Positions 28,633 to 37,754 of a stretch of 64,000 bases of DNA are shown one piece after another. The first letter of the stretch is position 1. Every line of letters begins with the position of its first letter. The stretch covers positions 601,956-665,955 of the forward strand of contig CAZQUL010000001.1 of NCBI GenBank assembly GCA_964596525.1. The letters run 5' to 3'. This stretch comes from an uncultured Gammaproteobacteria bacterium (lineage in GTDB: Bacteria; Patescibacteriota; Patescibacteriia; Magasanikbacterales; GWA2-37-8). The notes beneath the pieces were generated by a model. That model was given only the letters and a program-made list of their open reading frames with translations. It did no database searches and was not told where the DNA came from. The position numbers and the translations under genes are program-made.

Positions 28633-29964
28633 TTATGGCTCATTAATCCTTATTCGCCCTTCCTTTACTTGAATTTTTGATTTAAAATAGCTCATTAATT
28701 CTCTTTTCTCTTCATTTGTTCCATCCCTTAGAATATACTTAACATAAGCCTTTAGATCTATTTCTTCATAGTTAGCCGGGGATTGGGCTATACCCAGCAC
28801 TCGCTTTTGAAGCTTATTTATTCTTTTAATTTCTTCCTCAAATTTATGCTGGATTCCTATGGAATTTAACTCTATCTGGTCTATAAGCTTTTCTAGCTGA
28901 TTAACGAGTTCCTCTTCCCTTAAATACTGATTCTTACAATGCCTATCTTTCGACCTCCCGCACCCATAATAAATATACTTCGCCACCGTTCCATCTTTCA
29001 GCTGCTTATACTTCTCCTCGGCAGAAATACCTGAGCCGCATAAACCGCACGCCATAAGCTTGGTAAAGGCAAACTCGTGACTCTGCCGTACGATATTATC
29101 CCGTTTAAGCTGTGCTTGAGCCAGATCAAACAATTCTTTAGTAATAATCGGCTCATGCTTCCCTTGATACCAATTGCCGGAGTTTTTAGGGTATTCAAAA
29201 ACCCCATAATAAAGGGGGTTTTGCAAGACGCGGAATATGTTTCCTAAAGCCAAGTTGTGATTACCGATTGTCTTGAAATTAAGCTCGAATTTCAGCCAAT
29301 GATATATTTTCCTTCCCGACCATTTCTCATAGGCCATCTTTTCAAAAATTTTCTTCACAATCGGTGCTCGATCTGGATCGATGATAATCTGGCATCTCTT
29401 GTCTATCAGCTTCTGGTTTAAATAGCCGACAGGCGCCAAGCCGGGCCATAAACCCATTTCTACCCGGGCCCTTAAGCCTCGTTTCACATTAATACCTCGA
29501 TTATCGTTCTCCAGTTTTGCCTGACTTCCTAAAATCATGAGAAGGAATTTTTCATTAGGAGAGTTGGTAAAACGCTGTCCATACGTACGGATCTCAGTTA
29601 AAACGTTCTGGTCTATGAGATCGACTATCTTTCCTAGATCGCCGGCGTTTCTAGAAATACGATCTGGTGCCCAGGTAAGTATGCCATTGTATTTTTGATG
29701 CTTGAGGTCTTCAATTATTTCGTTAAAAATCGGACGTTCACCCGCCTCTTTTGCTGAATGGGATTCACGTTTTATTTCTACTACCGTTAACCCTTCTCGC
29801 TCTGCTAGTTGCAACATCTCTTTTACTTGGGAATCAACGGAAAGGACCTGCCGCTCTTCGGACTCAGTACTTTTCCGAGCGTAGAGGCAGTAGCGTACTT
29901 GAGGCACGGCCGTTTGTTTTGCTGCCATCTGTTGAGTTATAGGTGCCATATAAGCTGCATTCAT
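28633..29964 (-). CDS. Large serine recombinase (putative prophage integrase)
   Basis: 443 aa. N-terminal resolvase domain (YARKSTESEERQVLSVDSQ), a central recombinase domain, and a Cys-rich zinc ribbon (CGLCGS...CGRSKDRHC). The true start may be an internal Met. Confidence 0.8.
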   Translation of the reverse strand: MNAAYMAPITQQMAAKQTAVPQVRYCLYARKSTESEERQVLSVDSQVKEMLQLAEREGLTVVEIKRESHSAKEAGERPIFNEIIEDLKHQKYNGILTWAPDRISRNAGDLGKIVDLIDQNVLTEIRTYGQRFTNSPNEKFLLMILGSQAKLENDNRGINVKRGLRARVEMGLWPGLAPVGYLNQKLIDKRCQIIIDPDRAPIVKKIFEKMAYEKWSGRKIYHWLKFELNFKTIGNHNLALGNIFRVLQNPLYYGVFEYPKNSGNWYQGKHEPIITKELFDLAQAQLKRDNIVRQSHEFAFTKLMACGLCGSGISAEEKYKQLKDGTVAKYIYYGCGRSKDRHCKNQYLREEELVNQLEKLIDQIELNSIGIQHKFEEEIKRINKLQKRVLGIAQSPANYEEIDLKAYVKYILRDGTNEEKRELMSYFKSKIQVKEGRIRINEP

Positions 29965-30347
29965 AAGGCAGGCTAATATCTTGCCGGTAAAGCCCGGCTT
30001 TCAATGCACACTTATGACGCGATTGCTCTGATGCGTCTACTTTGGCTTTTGTTGGTAACTCAGACTTCACAAATATTCGCGTATGGTCTAAAATGGCCTT
30101 ACAATTTAAATGGCCTAAACCAGGTGAGGCATCTCCCTGGCATGGCCATAAGTCCTCAACAGTAGAAAGCTCCTAGTCAGAGCGCTGTTGAGGCTATGCA
30201 GGGAAACTTGCATAGGTCCCGTAAGGGATCGCTGACCGGGAGCTTTGTGTTTTTCCGGAAGCTGCCTATTTCCAAGTTTTTATGACAAAACAATCATTTA
30301 AGGAAGCTTAAAAATTTGCTTATTAATTTATTTTTTAGCAAGATTAT

Positions 30348-30596
30348 ATGCCTTTCGTCATACTTTGGATTATCTGCGCTTTTGTTGGGGCAGCCCTTGG
30401 AAAGAGAAAGGGTAGGGGAGGTGTAGGATTCCTTCTGGGTTTATTATTTGGCCCTATTGGCATTTTAGTTGTCCTAGCTATCAGAGGAAATCGAAAAACT
30501 TGTCCTGCCTGCAAAGAACTGATCCACAAAGAAGCTATTAGATGTCCGAGATGCCAATATGATTTAACTACAACTAATAATCCTCCGGCTGCTTAA
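30348..30596 (+). CDS. Small membrane protein with C-terminal zinc ribbon
   Basis: 82 aa with two TM helices, followed by CPAC...CPRC. Confidence 0.35.
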   Translation: MPFVILWIICAFVGAALGKRKGRGGVGFLLGLLFGPIGILVVLAIRGNRKTCPACKELIHKEAIRCPRCQYDLTTTNNPPAA

Positions 30597-30623
30597 GCCG
30601 TATTGTCGGGGTAATTTAGTTTT

Positions 30624-31004
30624 CTAAACACCCCTATCTTCATCAATTAAGTCTTCTAATGTTTTCTCTGGTACTTTAATAGGAATATTTGATTCTGTCC
30701 GGTGCGTTAAGATAACATTCTTTTTTTTCGGCTTATATCTTGGAGAGTTGTGGCTGAGCACGTACTTTATTGCTTCTAGCCTCTTTTCTTTCACGAGCAA
30801 CATTAACGAATGCTCAGCCGCATCGCTCATATTTTCCCTGCCCTGACGCTCGGCCAGTTTTGCTTGTTTATGGAAATCCTTATCTTCTTTACACCACCGA
30901 TAGTAAGTTGATTTATCAATCCCTGTTTTTATGCACGACAAAGACACGTTCCCGCTTTTTGCGATTTCGATAATCAGCTTGGACTTAGTCTCTGCATCGA
31001 TCAT
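30624..31004 (-). CDS. HTH-domain protein (terminase-small-subunit-like or transposase-like HTH)
   Basis: 126 aa. IIEIAKSGNVSLSCIKTGIDKSTYYRWCKEDKDF is an HTH. Lies adjacent to the ParB-MTase gene. Confidence 0.35.
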   Translation of the reverse strand: MIDAETKSKLIIEIAKSGNVSLSCIKTGIDKSTYYRWCKEDKDFHKQAKLAERQGRENMSDAAEHSLMLLVKEKRLEAIKYVLSHNSPRYKPKKKNVILTHRTESNIPIKVPEKTLEDLIDEDRGV

Positions 31005-31009
31005 ATTTG

Positions 31010-32323
31010 TTATTTAATCTTTACCGGTTTTTTACCCGTTTCCTTTTCCCAGCGTCGTAAAATGACTTGGGTATAAACCGGAGACTTTTCCATAATATAA
31101 CAACGGCGTTTCATCCGTACCGCGCTTATAAGCGTTGACCCACTTCCACCGAATGGTTCAACAATCAAATCATTGCGTTTTGTAAGCACCTTGATGTAGG
31201 GGATAAGGATTTCAACCGGCTTCGTACCGAAAATAATCCCCTGGCCGGAAGACTTCTCATCCGCCGCTTTATAGTCAATAAAATCCGTGGGGCAGATCTT
31301 CTTGCCTTTTTCGTATGATTCCCAGTGCGGCTTGCCGCTGATCGCGTAGAGCGCGGTTTCATACTCGTTTTCCAAGAATTCGCCTTCATCCTCGGTCCGA
31401 GGAGTAATGCCTTCCGTTCCCCCGACAATGGCGATATCATGCTTGTTGAAGAACTTGTTGCTGGCAGCAAAACCCTGCATCCGGTTCGGCACGTGCCAGA
31501 CGATCATGTTCCTCACCTTCCAGTGCTTTTCCATCTCGTTCCAAATAGTCCGGATATTCTTCCAGTTCTCGTATACGATGATGGAGAAATTTTCCTTGGC
31601 GACTTTCCGGATATTGCCCATCCATTTTTCGGTAAAGTCCGGCGGGAGCTCGTCAGTCTCTAAATATCTCCGGTTTTTCTTTGAGCCAAAGCCTCCGTCT
31701 TTGTCCTTCGCTCCCTTGAGATAATCGAGGATGTAGGGCGGATCAGTAAAACACATGTCGGCTTTTTGACCGTTCATAAGCTTAAGCATGTCCTCAGGAA
31801 TCGTAGAGTCTCCGCAAAGAATACGTGATCCGTCTAATTCGTAAATGTCACCTTTTTGCACGGTAACGGTCTGGATATCGATCTTCTCCAACTCTTTCTT
31901 TAAATCAAATTGTTCTTCGTGAATCTCCTGTGGAAAGATATTGTCGAGCTCTTCGCTATCGAAACCGACATCAGACAGGAACGATTCATCGAATTGCGCG
32001 AGCAAGTCGAGATCAAATTCACCGGTATTCTTGTTAAGGCGCAGATTCAGCTTTTTCTCCTTGGAAAGGTCAGGAATATTCACGTAAACGACTGGTATGG
32101 TGACTAGCCCAAGCTCTTTTGCGACTTCGGCTCTGAAATGGCCGCCGATAATGACGTTCAAGCGCTCAGGGGCGCTGTTGCAGATAATGGGGTCAACGAG
32201 GCCGAACTGCTGGATCGATTTTTTAAGCTGCTCGGATTGTTCTTTGGAATGCTTGCGCGGGTTGTATTCCGCGGCGCGCAGATTGTTGATAGGTACTTCG
32301 ATGATACTTATTTTGGGGTTCAT
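31010..32323 (-). CDS. ParB-N-domain / DNA methyltransferase fusion (N6/N4 class)
   Basis: 437 aa. N-terminal ParB-like nuclease domain (…YNPRKH…GGHFRAEVAKELG), then CFTDPPY (motif IV) and EPFGGSGSTLISA (motif I). Confidence 0.8.
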   Translation of the reverse strand: MNPKISIIEVPINNLRAAEYNPRKHSKEQSEQLKKSIQQFGLVDPIICNSAPERLNVIIGGHFRAEVAKELGLVTIPVVYVNIPDLSKEKKLNLRLNKNTGEFDLDLLAQFDESFLSDVGFDSEELDNIFPQEIHEEQFDLKKELEKIDIQTVTVQKGDIYELDGSRILCGDSTIPEDMLKLMNGQKADMCFTDPPYILDYLKGAKDKDGGFGSKKNRRYLETDELPPDFTEKWMGNIRKVAKENFSIIVYENWKNIRTIWNEMEKHWKVRNMIVWHVPNRMQGFAASNKFFNKHDIAIVGGTEGITPRTEDEGEFLENEYETALYAISGKPHWESYEKGKKICPTDFIDYKAADEKSSGQGIIFGTKPVEILIPYIKVLTKRNDLIVEPFGGSGSTLISAVRMKRRCYIMEKSPVYTQVILRRWEKETGKKPVKIK

Positions 32324-32605
32324 AGGTAAGGTTTAAGGTTAAACAAAAAAGCTAATTCCTATCATGGATTAGCGTTTTTTGAGTTCGACCTGGAAACCTC
32401 AAAGAATCATTTTTCCAATGATAGGGAAATAATGATTTTCGAGATTCCTGGTCTATTTTCTTCTCTGAAGAGTGGCTACGGCTAAATCCGTATTCTGTGA
32501 GCCAAATGAGAAGTTTTTGGTGATCAGGTCCGAAAGATCGAAAGAGGGGTGCTGCATCGGCTGAGCCTGGCAGCTGTAGATAGGATACACTGGGGATAAA
32601 TTGCG

Positions 32606-32640
32606 TGTCAATGCTGTCAATAAATCTATTGACGGAGAAG
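32606..32640 (+). promoter_or_regulatory. Putative operator palindrome plus -10 box upstream of the lexA-like gene
   Basis: gtcaat-aaatct-attgac inverted repeat (32606-32623), with an extra gtcaat half-site at 32597, then TATAAT at 32635-32640. The gene begins at 32696. Confidence 0.3.
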
Positions 32641-32695
32641 GCTGTATAATGATAAAATTCGATCATCACCACTTCCTTTCATTATTTTTCAGCTT

Positions 32696-33331
32696 ATGAA
32701 TGAGAATCAACAAAAGATTATTGACCTGGCCAAAAAGAAGAATATCTCCCGAATGAGCTTTCGCGAAATCGGGCGCGAGCTGGGGATTCCGAATCCTCAA
32801 ACGGTTATCTATCATCTGGATCAATTAAAGAAAAAAGGGGTTGTCTATTCTGATGCCGCTCATAAAACCCGCGTCGCAAAACCGAAGGCGTTTGCGATAG
32901 ATAAAATTTTCAACATCCCGATCGTCGGCTCCGCTAATTGCGGGCCTGCTTCGGAATTGGCGCAAGAAGATATACAGGGCTATTTGAAAATTTCACAAAA
33001 ATCGCTCGGCGTCTCCAAGCCCGATGGCTTGATCGCGATTAAGGCGATAGGAGATTCGCTCAATAAAGCGAATATTAACGGTGATGCCATTGAAAATGGC
33101 GATTATGTAGTGGTTGACGCAAAGAAGCAGCCGAAAAACGGTGACTATGTCCTGTCGGTTATCGATAATGCTGCAAATTTTAAGAAGTTTTTTAAAGATG
33201 AAAAAAGAGGGGAGATCAGGTTGATCTCAGAGTCTACGTTCGATTTTCCGCCAATTGTTTTGCACGAAGAAGACTTTGAGAGTTCTGGTTATTTAGTAAA
33301 TGGCGTGGCGGTAAGGGTTGTAAAGACTTAG
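32696..33331 (+). CDS. lexA: LexA-like repressor (wHTH + S24 autopeptidase)
   Basis: 211 aa. N-terminal wHTH (SFREIGRELGIPNPQTVIYHLDQLKKKG). The Ala-Gly cleavage context VGSANCGPASE, the Ser motif IGDSL and a downstream Lys are all present. Confidence 0.7.
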   Translation: MNENQQKIIDLAKKKNISRMSFREIGRELGIPNPQTVIYHLDQLKKKGVVYSDAAHKTRVAKPKAFAIDKIFNIPIVGSANCGPASELAQEDIQGYLKISQKSLGVSKPDGLIAIKAIGDSLNKANINGDAIENGDYVVVDAKKQPKNGDYVLSVIDNAANFKKFFKDEKRGEIRLISESTFDFPPIVLHEEDFESSGYLVNGVAVRVVKT

Positions 33332-33339
33332 GAAGTTTT

Positions 33340-34710
33340 ATGAGGTATGTATTTCCAAAACCCGCGTCGGAAGATGATTTTGAAGAAATGGTCTGCGATA
33401 TTTTTTCTCGAATTTTTCAGAATCCCAATTTGCAAAGATTTGGTCGGCGGGGGCAAGACCAAAAAGGTCTAGATATTTTAGGGGGTTTTGCGGGTCAGGA
33501 TTTTAGCGATGGAAAATTGGCCGCTATTCAGTGTAAAAATCATCCTGCTGGCATTAAATCCTCTAAGCTTAGACGAGAGCTGGAAAAAGATTTAAAGAAG
33601 TTTGATAAATCCGGTCTTCAAATTAAAAAATTTTATTTTGTAACAAGTGCCGAGAGTGACAAAGATTTAATAGAGTTTGTTTTAAAGATAAATAAGGATC
33701 GCAAGAAAAAGAGGAAAAGTTTAGTAACTATCCGTTTTTGGAATTTTATTCAACAAGAAATATTTAAATATCAAGATCTGGTTTATAAGTATTTCACAAG
33801 GCTGCTTCCCTCAGAAAAAGGCCTTGATACCTACATTCCTGATTTAAAAATGAAAAATAGAGAGACTCTTGTCGTAAAATACAATGAACTTATCGATAAA
33901 GAAGCCGTGTTGAAAATTCGTAAATCATTAGAAAGAATTATTGAAATTAATCTTAAAAATCTAAAACAGTCTAAAGAATATAACTTATATATAGGCGTTT
34001 CTTCAAAAGAAAATAGTATCTCTGATGGAGTAGTTGATCTGAATATAGATTTTAGCGACCTTTTTAAAACTGAAGAGAATCTGGAAGAAAACTTTCGGAA
34101 TATGGCTTCTTCCCTAAAAGGTCTTTTAAAAATCCTTGATAATAAAATTTTTTCTAAACAGGTAGTTCTATATCTAGAGACTGAGATAAGCCTCGCTTTT
34201 TTACTTGGATTATTTTTTAGGAAATATAAGTTTAACGTTAAGATAGTTTTTAAAGACCAGGTATGGACCACTTCTCAAAATGATCTTCAGTATGTAGACC
34301 CGCAACTTGTTGATAAAAAGCCGATTTTAAAATTTCCTGAAAATGATCAGGGTGGAATAATAGTAGACGTACGTAACGGTGCTGGCTTAGATATTGAGCC
34401 TGAGGTTCAGCAGTATCTAAATTCAATCCCAAATTCTCCCTCAGTCCTCCTGTCTTATAGAGTAATAGGTGAAAGAATCCAAAATAGTGCGCATGCGCTA
34501 TCTTTTGCAAAAGGAATAGCGGATAAAATTCTTCAGCTCAGAATGTGGAATATTAATCATATCCATCTTTTTTTCGCAGTCCCAAAACCGGTCGCTTTTC
34601 TTATTGCTTATTCCCTTAATACTTTAAATAGTAGTTTGCACCTGTATTTTAGAAGCGCAGATCGTACAACTTATTTAAAATCATATACTATCACTAACAA
34701 TACTTTTTAA
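33340..34710 (+). CDS. CBASS Cap4-like effector candidate: N-terminal Mrr-type PD-(D/E)xK nuclease plus a large C-terminal domain (possible SAVED-like sensor)
   Basis: 456 aa. FEEMVCDIFSRIF...GRRGQDQKGLDILGG...AIQCKNH matches the Mrr_cat restriction-endonuclease fold (D...QxK). About 330 C-terminal residues have no recognisable motif. SD-like aggaag precedes the ATG, 8 nt after the lexA stop. Confidence 0.5.
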   Translation: MRYVFPKPASEDDFEEMVCDIFSRIFQNPNLQRFGRRGQDQKGLDILGGFAGQDFSDGKLAAIQCKNHPAGIKSSKLRRELEKDLKKFDKSGLQIKKFYFVTSAESDKDLIEFVLKINKDRKKKRKSLVTIRFWNFIQQEIFKYQDLVYKYFTRLLPSEKGLDTYIPDLKMKNRETLVVKYNELIDKEAVLKIRKSLERIIEINLKNLKQSKEYNLYIGVSSKENSISDGVVDLNIDFSDLFKTEENLEENFRNMASSLKGLLKILDNKIFSKQVVLYLETEISLAFLLGLFFRKYKFNVKIVFKDQVWTTSQNDLQYVDPQLVDKKPILKFPENDQGGIIVDVRNGAGLDIEPEVQQYLNSIPNSPSVLLSYRVIGERIQNSAHALSFAKGIADKILQLRMWNINHIHLFFAVPKPVAFLIAYSLNTLNSSLHLYFRSADRTTYLKSYTITNNTF

Positions 34711-34713
34711 TAT

Positions 34714-35724
34714 ATGGCCTCTCTTAACTCTTCTTTTGAAGAATTTCTCAGTAAAATAGAACCAAATAGCAAAATCCAACAATATGCGCAAAAAGCCCAT
34801 ATTTCGCTTACAGATCATCTCAAAAACGATGCTGAATTTGGGGAATTTGTTGAAAACTCTTTCCTTTACGGTTCTTATAAGCGGCACACTGCAGTTGGCG
34901 ATATTGAGGATATCGATATTTGTCTAATAACAAATTTTAACTCCAACGATCCTTCATTGAAACCAAGCGAAGTTTTAAGAAAGCTTAAAGCATCGATAAG
35001 TAATTTTTATAAATTAGAAAATAATACTGAAATTCAAAGAAAGTCCGTTAAAGTAAAAGATGCTCTCCCCGATAATCCTTCAGTCGAGATTTCGCTTGAT
35101 GTTCTACCTGCAATCGCACCGTATGGAGAAGACGGTGTTTTATTGGTGCCGGATAAAGAATTGGCAGCCTGGGTGAAAAGTGACCCGAAAGCTCATCTAG
35201 CTTATGCCACAAATCTAAATTCGCCAGAAAATAGTAATGGTCGTTACATTCCATTAGTTAAGTTGATGAAATGGTGGTGGAAATATCAAAAGGAAGAGAG
35301 GTGGCCTGGCGAGAAACATAAACCTAAAGGTTTTTGGGTAGAATGTTTAACGGGATTATTTTTTAATCCAAACAAGGAAAATTGGGCGGAAAATTTTATA
35401 GCAGTTCTTGAAGGTGTTGAAAATAGCTATGGTAGTGCATCTGACGTGCCCGCTTTACCCGACCCAGGTTTGCCGGGTGAGAGCATAAAAACAAAAATGA
35501 CTAATGAGGATTTTCAAGATTTTATTGAAGTCGTAAAGAATTCTTTAGATTTAGCAAGAAATGCATATAATGAGAGCGATAATTTTCTAAGCTCAAAATT
35601 ATGGCAGTCAATTTTTGGACATAAATTTCCTCTCTCCGAAGGAAATGGTGGCTCAGAAAATAAGTCGATAAATCCGAGCGTTGGAATTAAACCTCATCGG
35701 CCGTGGCATGCGTATGTTGAATGA
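34714..35724 (+). CDS. cGAS/DncV-like nucleotidyltransferase (CD-NTase, SMODS type)
   Basis: 336 aa. GSYKRHTAVGDIEDIDICL is the pol-beta NTase GS...[DE]h[DE]h motif as found in CdnC/CdnD-type enzymes. Starts 3 nt after the effector gene. Confidence 0.75.
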   Translation: MASLNSSFEEFLSKIEPNSKIQQYAQKAHISLTDHLKNDAEFGEFVENSFLYGSYKRHTAVGDIEDIDICLITNFNSNDPSLKPSEVLRKLKASISNFYKLENNTEIQRKSVKVKDALPDNPSVEISLDVLPAIAPYGEDGVLLVPDKELAAWVKSDPKAHLAYATNLNSPENSNGRYIPLVKLMKWWWKYQKEERWPGEKHKPKGFWVECLTGLFFNPNKENWAENFIAVLEGVENSYGSASDVPALPDPGLPGESIKTKMTNEDFQDFIEVVKNSLDLARNAYNESDNFLSSKLWQSIFGHKFPLSEGNGGSENKSINPSVGIKPHRPWHAYVE

Positions 35725-36403
35725 AAGCGATAAAAAGTGGTTAAAAGAAAAAAATCCAGGATTAGTTATCGAGCCTGATAAAATAACTGGGACCATAAAA
35801 TTTATAGGCGCTTATAGTCCTTCGCTTGATAAATTTTGGCAAATTGAAAAAGGCGTTGTCCCTAGTAAAGACTCCTATATATTAGGGGGTTCATTTTTGG
35901 TGCGTATTCAGGAGAAGGTCGGCCACAGATTTCCCATTCTCTTTTTAGAGGACAGCAAAATTAAAAAAATTCCAGACCGTCATCTTAACTCAGATGGCTC
36001 TGCATGTCTGTATGTTCGTTTAGAAGAGAGTTTTGTTCTGCCTAATTCTGATTTTAAAATTTTTTTTCAACAATTAATCATTCCTTTTTTATACGCACAG
36101 TTATTTTTTGATAGGAAAGGTTGTTGGCCCTGGGATGAATATTCACATGGTTCGGCGGGGATCTTAGAGTCTTTTTTATATTCAAGTGGAAAAATAAAGG
36201 CAGAAGATTGTTTAATAGAGCTAAAAAAATCCAATGATTGGGAAGATGTTAAAAGGATTTTGTCTCAGAAGAAGATTAAAGGCCACTTGACGAGATGTTT
36301 TTGTCCGAAAAAGGATTATTTAAGACGCTGCCATTCCGATGCTTGGAAGGGGATTATAAAGTTGCATGAAGATATGATTGCTCAAAGAATTTTGATTCCT
36401 TAA
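35714..36403 (+). CDS. E2 (UBC)-like protein candidate
   Basis: ATG at 35714 overlaps the CD-NTase stop. About 229 aa. HLNSDGSACLYV resembles the E2 HPN...C active-site loop, and a beta-meander precedes it. Confidence 0.4.
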   Translation: MLNESDKKWLKEKNPGLVIEPDKITGTIKFIGAYSPSLDKFWQIEKGVVPSKDSYILGGSFLVRIQEKVGHRFPILFLEDSKIKKIPDRHLNSDGSACLYVRLEESFVLPNSDFKIFFQQLIIPFLYAQLFFDRKGCWPWDEYSHGSAGILESFLYSSGKIKAEDCLIELKKSNDWEDVKRILSQKKIKGHLTRCFCPKKDYLRRCHSDAWKGIIKLHEDMIAQRILIP

Positions 36404-36431
36404 TTCTTTTTTAAGCAAGAAAAACGTAAGT

Positions 36432-37142
36432 ATGGAATTAAATCTCAAGCCAAAACAGTATTATATCGACCTTTATGATCATGGGACGGTCGATATTTGT
36501 CGGAGGTTCGACAAGTCATCAGCCGATTATGATCCTATGGAACTTAAGAAAAATAAGATATCTAAACGGCAAACGCTCTTAATAGATAAAGGAGCTCGGC
36601 AATGGCTCGTTCATGTGCAATCCGGCGAGCGGCATTTGAATAAGGAAAAAACTATTCGCGAATGGATGGATGCTGATCAGAAGAGAGACGAGCTGTACGA
36701 ATCTGCCCAGCCTCCCGAAGACATCCCTTGCCTCACGTGCCGCAACCGTCTCAAGGTGGCATGCAAGGAACTTTGGACCGAGCACGAAAAAGAAGATCGA
36801 GTTCTTTTCATGTACGACTGCCCCAATAAGTGCCTTCCGCATCGTGCGTTCTTTTCCGATGGTGAAGAGTGGAGGACGAAGCAACCTGCCTGTCTTCGTT
36901 GTGGATCTCTACTCATCCAAGAATCAGAAGATGACGGGCTTAAGCTCATCACCACATCTTCTTGCAAGAAGTGCAGCCATGCCGAAAAGGAGGAGTATGT
37001 CTGGAGTGCAAAGAAAGGGGAAGATATCGACGAGAACTTTGCTGCCGATCGCGACCGCTATTGTATGACCGACGAGGAAGGCAAGAAGTATCAGGATGAA
37101 AAATGGAACATAGAACGCATCGGAAAGTTCATGAAAGAATAG
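36432..37142 (+). CDS. Double zinc-ribbon protein (CLTC/CPNKC/CLRC/CKKC)
   Basis: 236 aa with four CxxC pairs in the C-terminal half. 28 nt after the E2-like gene. Confidence 0.3.
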   Translation: MELNLKPKQYYIDLYDHGTVDICRRFDKSSADYDPMELKKNKISKRQTLLIDKGARQWLVHVQSGERHLNKEKTIREWMDADQKRDELYESAQPPEDIPCLTCRNRLKVACKELWTEHEKEDRVLFMYDCPNKCLPHRAFFSDGEEWRTKQPACLRCGSLLIQESEDDGLKLITTSSCKKCSHAEKEEYVWSAKKGEDIDENFAADRDRYCMTDEEGKKYQDEKWNIERIGKFMKE

Positions 37143-37157
37143 AAAGAAAAGGAAAAG

Positions 37158-37457
37158 ATGCAGGAAGAAAAGCTCAAGCTAAATCCGAAAGGTTTTCATC
37201 TCGATGGTGCCGGATACGCCTGCTGCATTTGCGGCGATCATACGCCCGAAGGAGATAATTGGCATGAAAAGTACGGAATCAAATGCCTTGTCTGCCAGAA
37301 AGCGATCGACGAGGGCGAGATACCAGCGGCTTTGGCGAAGTACAAAGATAGCTGGTACACCAAGTATGATTTTGAGCACTATTTCAACGTGAAGGGTCCC
37401 GCTCTTAGAATGTGGATCAAGAAAGGTGTTGTCAGTCCGCGCATCATCAGTCATTAG
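37158..37457 (+). CDS. Small zinc-finger protein
   Basis: 99 aa with CCICGDH...CLVCQ. Confidence 0.3.
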   Translation: MQEEKLKLNPKGFHLDGAGYACCICGDHTPEGDNWHEKYGIKCLVCQKAIDEGEIPAALAKYKDSWYTKYDFEHYFNVKGPALRMWIKKGVVSPRIISH

Positions 37458-37487
37458 GGCAAAGGCGAGCATGCGCAGGTATTTCTC

Positions 37488-37754
37488 ATGAGAGATAACA
37501 AGAACTTTCTTCCACCGAAGAATCTGTTAAAGAGCCATAGCGTCAACGAGAGAAAGGAAGGTGGAAAGGTCTGGACGCATATGGAACCCTGGTATCGTTT
37601 TGTTGATCCGTATAAGTACCTAAAGAAGTGCAGGATTATGAACTATTTGCGTGTTGTTCCACCCGAAGAAGTGAAGGCTAGGGAGGAGGAAGAAAAGAAG
37701 AAGTATGAAGAGAAAAAAATCCGTCGAGAAGCTCAAAGAAAAATGCGGAAGTAG
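37488..37754 (+). CDS. Small Lys/Glu-rich protein
   Basis: 88 aa. Charged C-terminal tail EEVKAREEEEKKKYEEKKIRREAQRKMRK. Confidence 0.25.
   Translation: MRDNKNFLPPKNLLKSHSVNERKEGGKVWTHMEPWYRFVDPYKYLKKCRIMNYLRVVPPEEVKAREEEEKKKYEEKKIRREAQRKMRK

Noticed and set aside
30160-30260. Considered a group II intron domain V/VI or RNase P fragment because of GNRA-capped hairpins.
   Set aside because: No domain V consensus (the AGC ... bulge architecture) and no P4 pseudoknot sequences. The region is only about 150 nt with no flanking ORF disruption.
30225-30275. ccggaagctgcc and the surrounding hairpins looked like the SRP (4.5S) RNA helix-8 motif.
   Set aside because: The conserved SRP sequence is CCGGAAGGAAGCAGCC with a specific symmetric loop. 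The GGAAGCAGC core and the flanking AGGUCAGG are absent, and the hairpins do not form the expected single long stem.
32352-32672. 106-aa minus-strand ORF filling the gap upstream of the lexA-like gene.
   Set aside because: No motif recognised, and it has a Trp/His/Ser-rich odd composition. The region holds the putative operator palindrome and TATAAT for the lexA-like gene, so it is more likely non-coding regulatory DNA.
35681-36446. Two ORFs in the CBASS region both translate as MELNL..., hinting at a repeated start motif.
   Set aside because: The first is a TTG-initiated out-of-frame ORF inside the CD-NTase gene. Only a 10-nt coincidence (tggaattaaa) is shared. The real E2-like start is the ATG at 35714.
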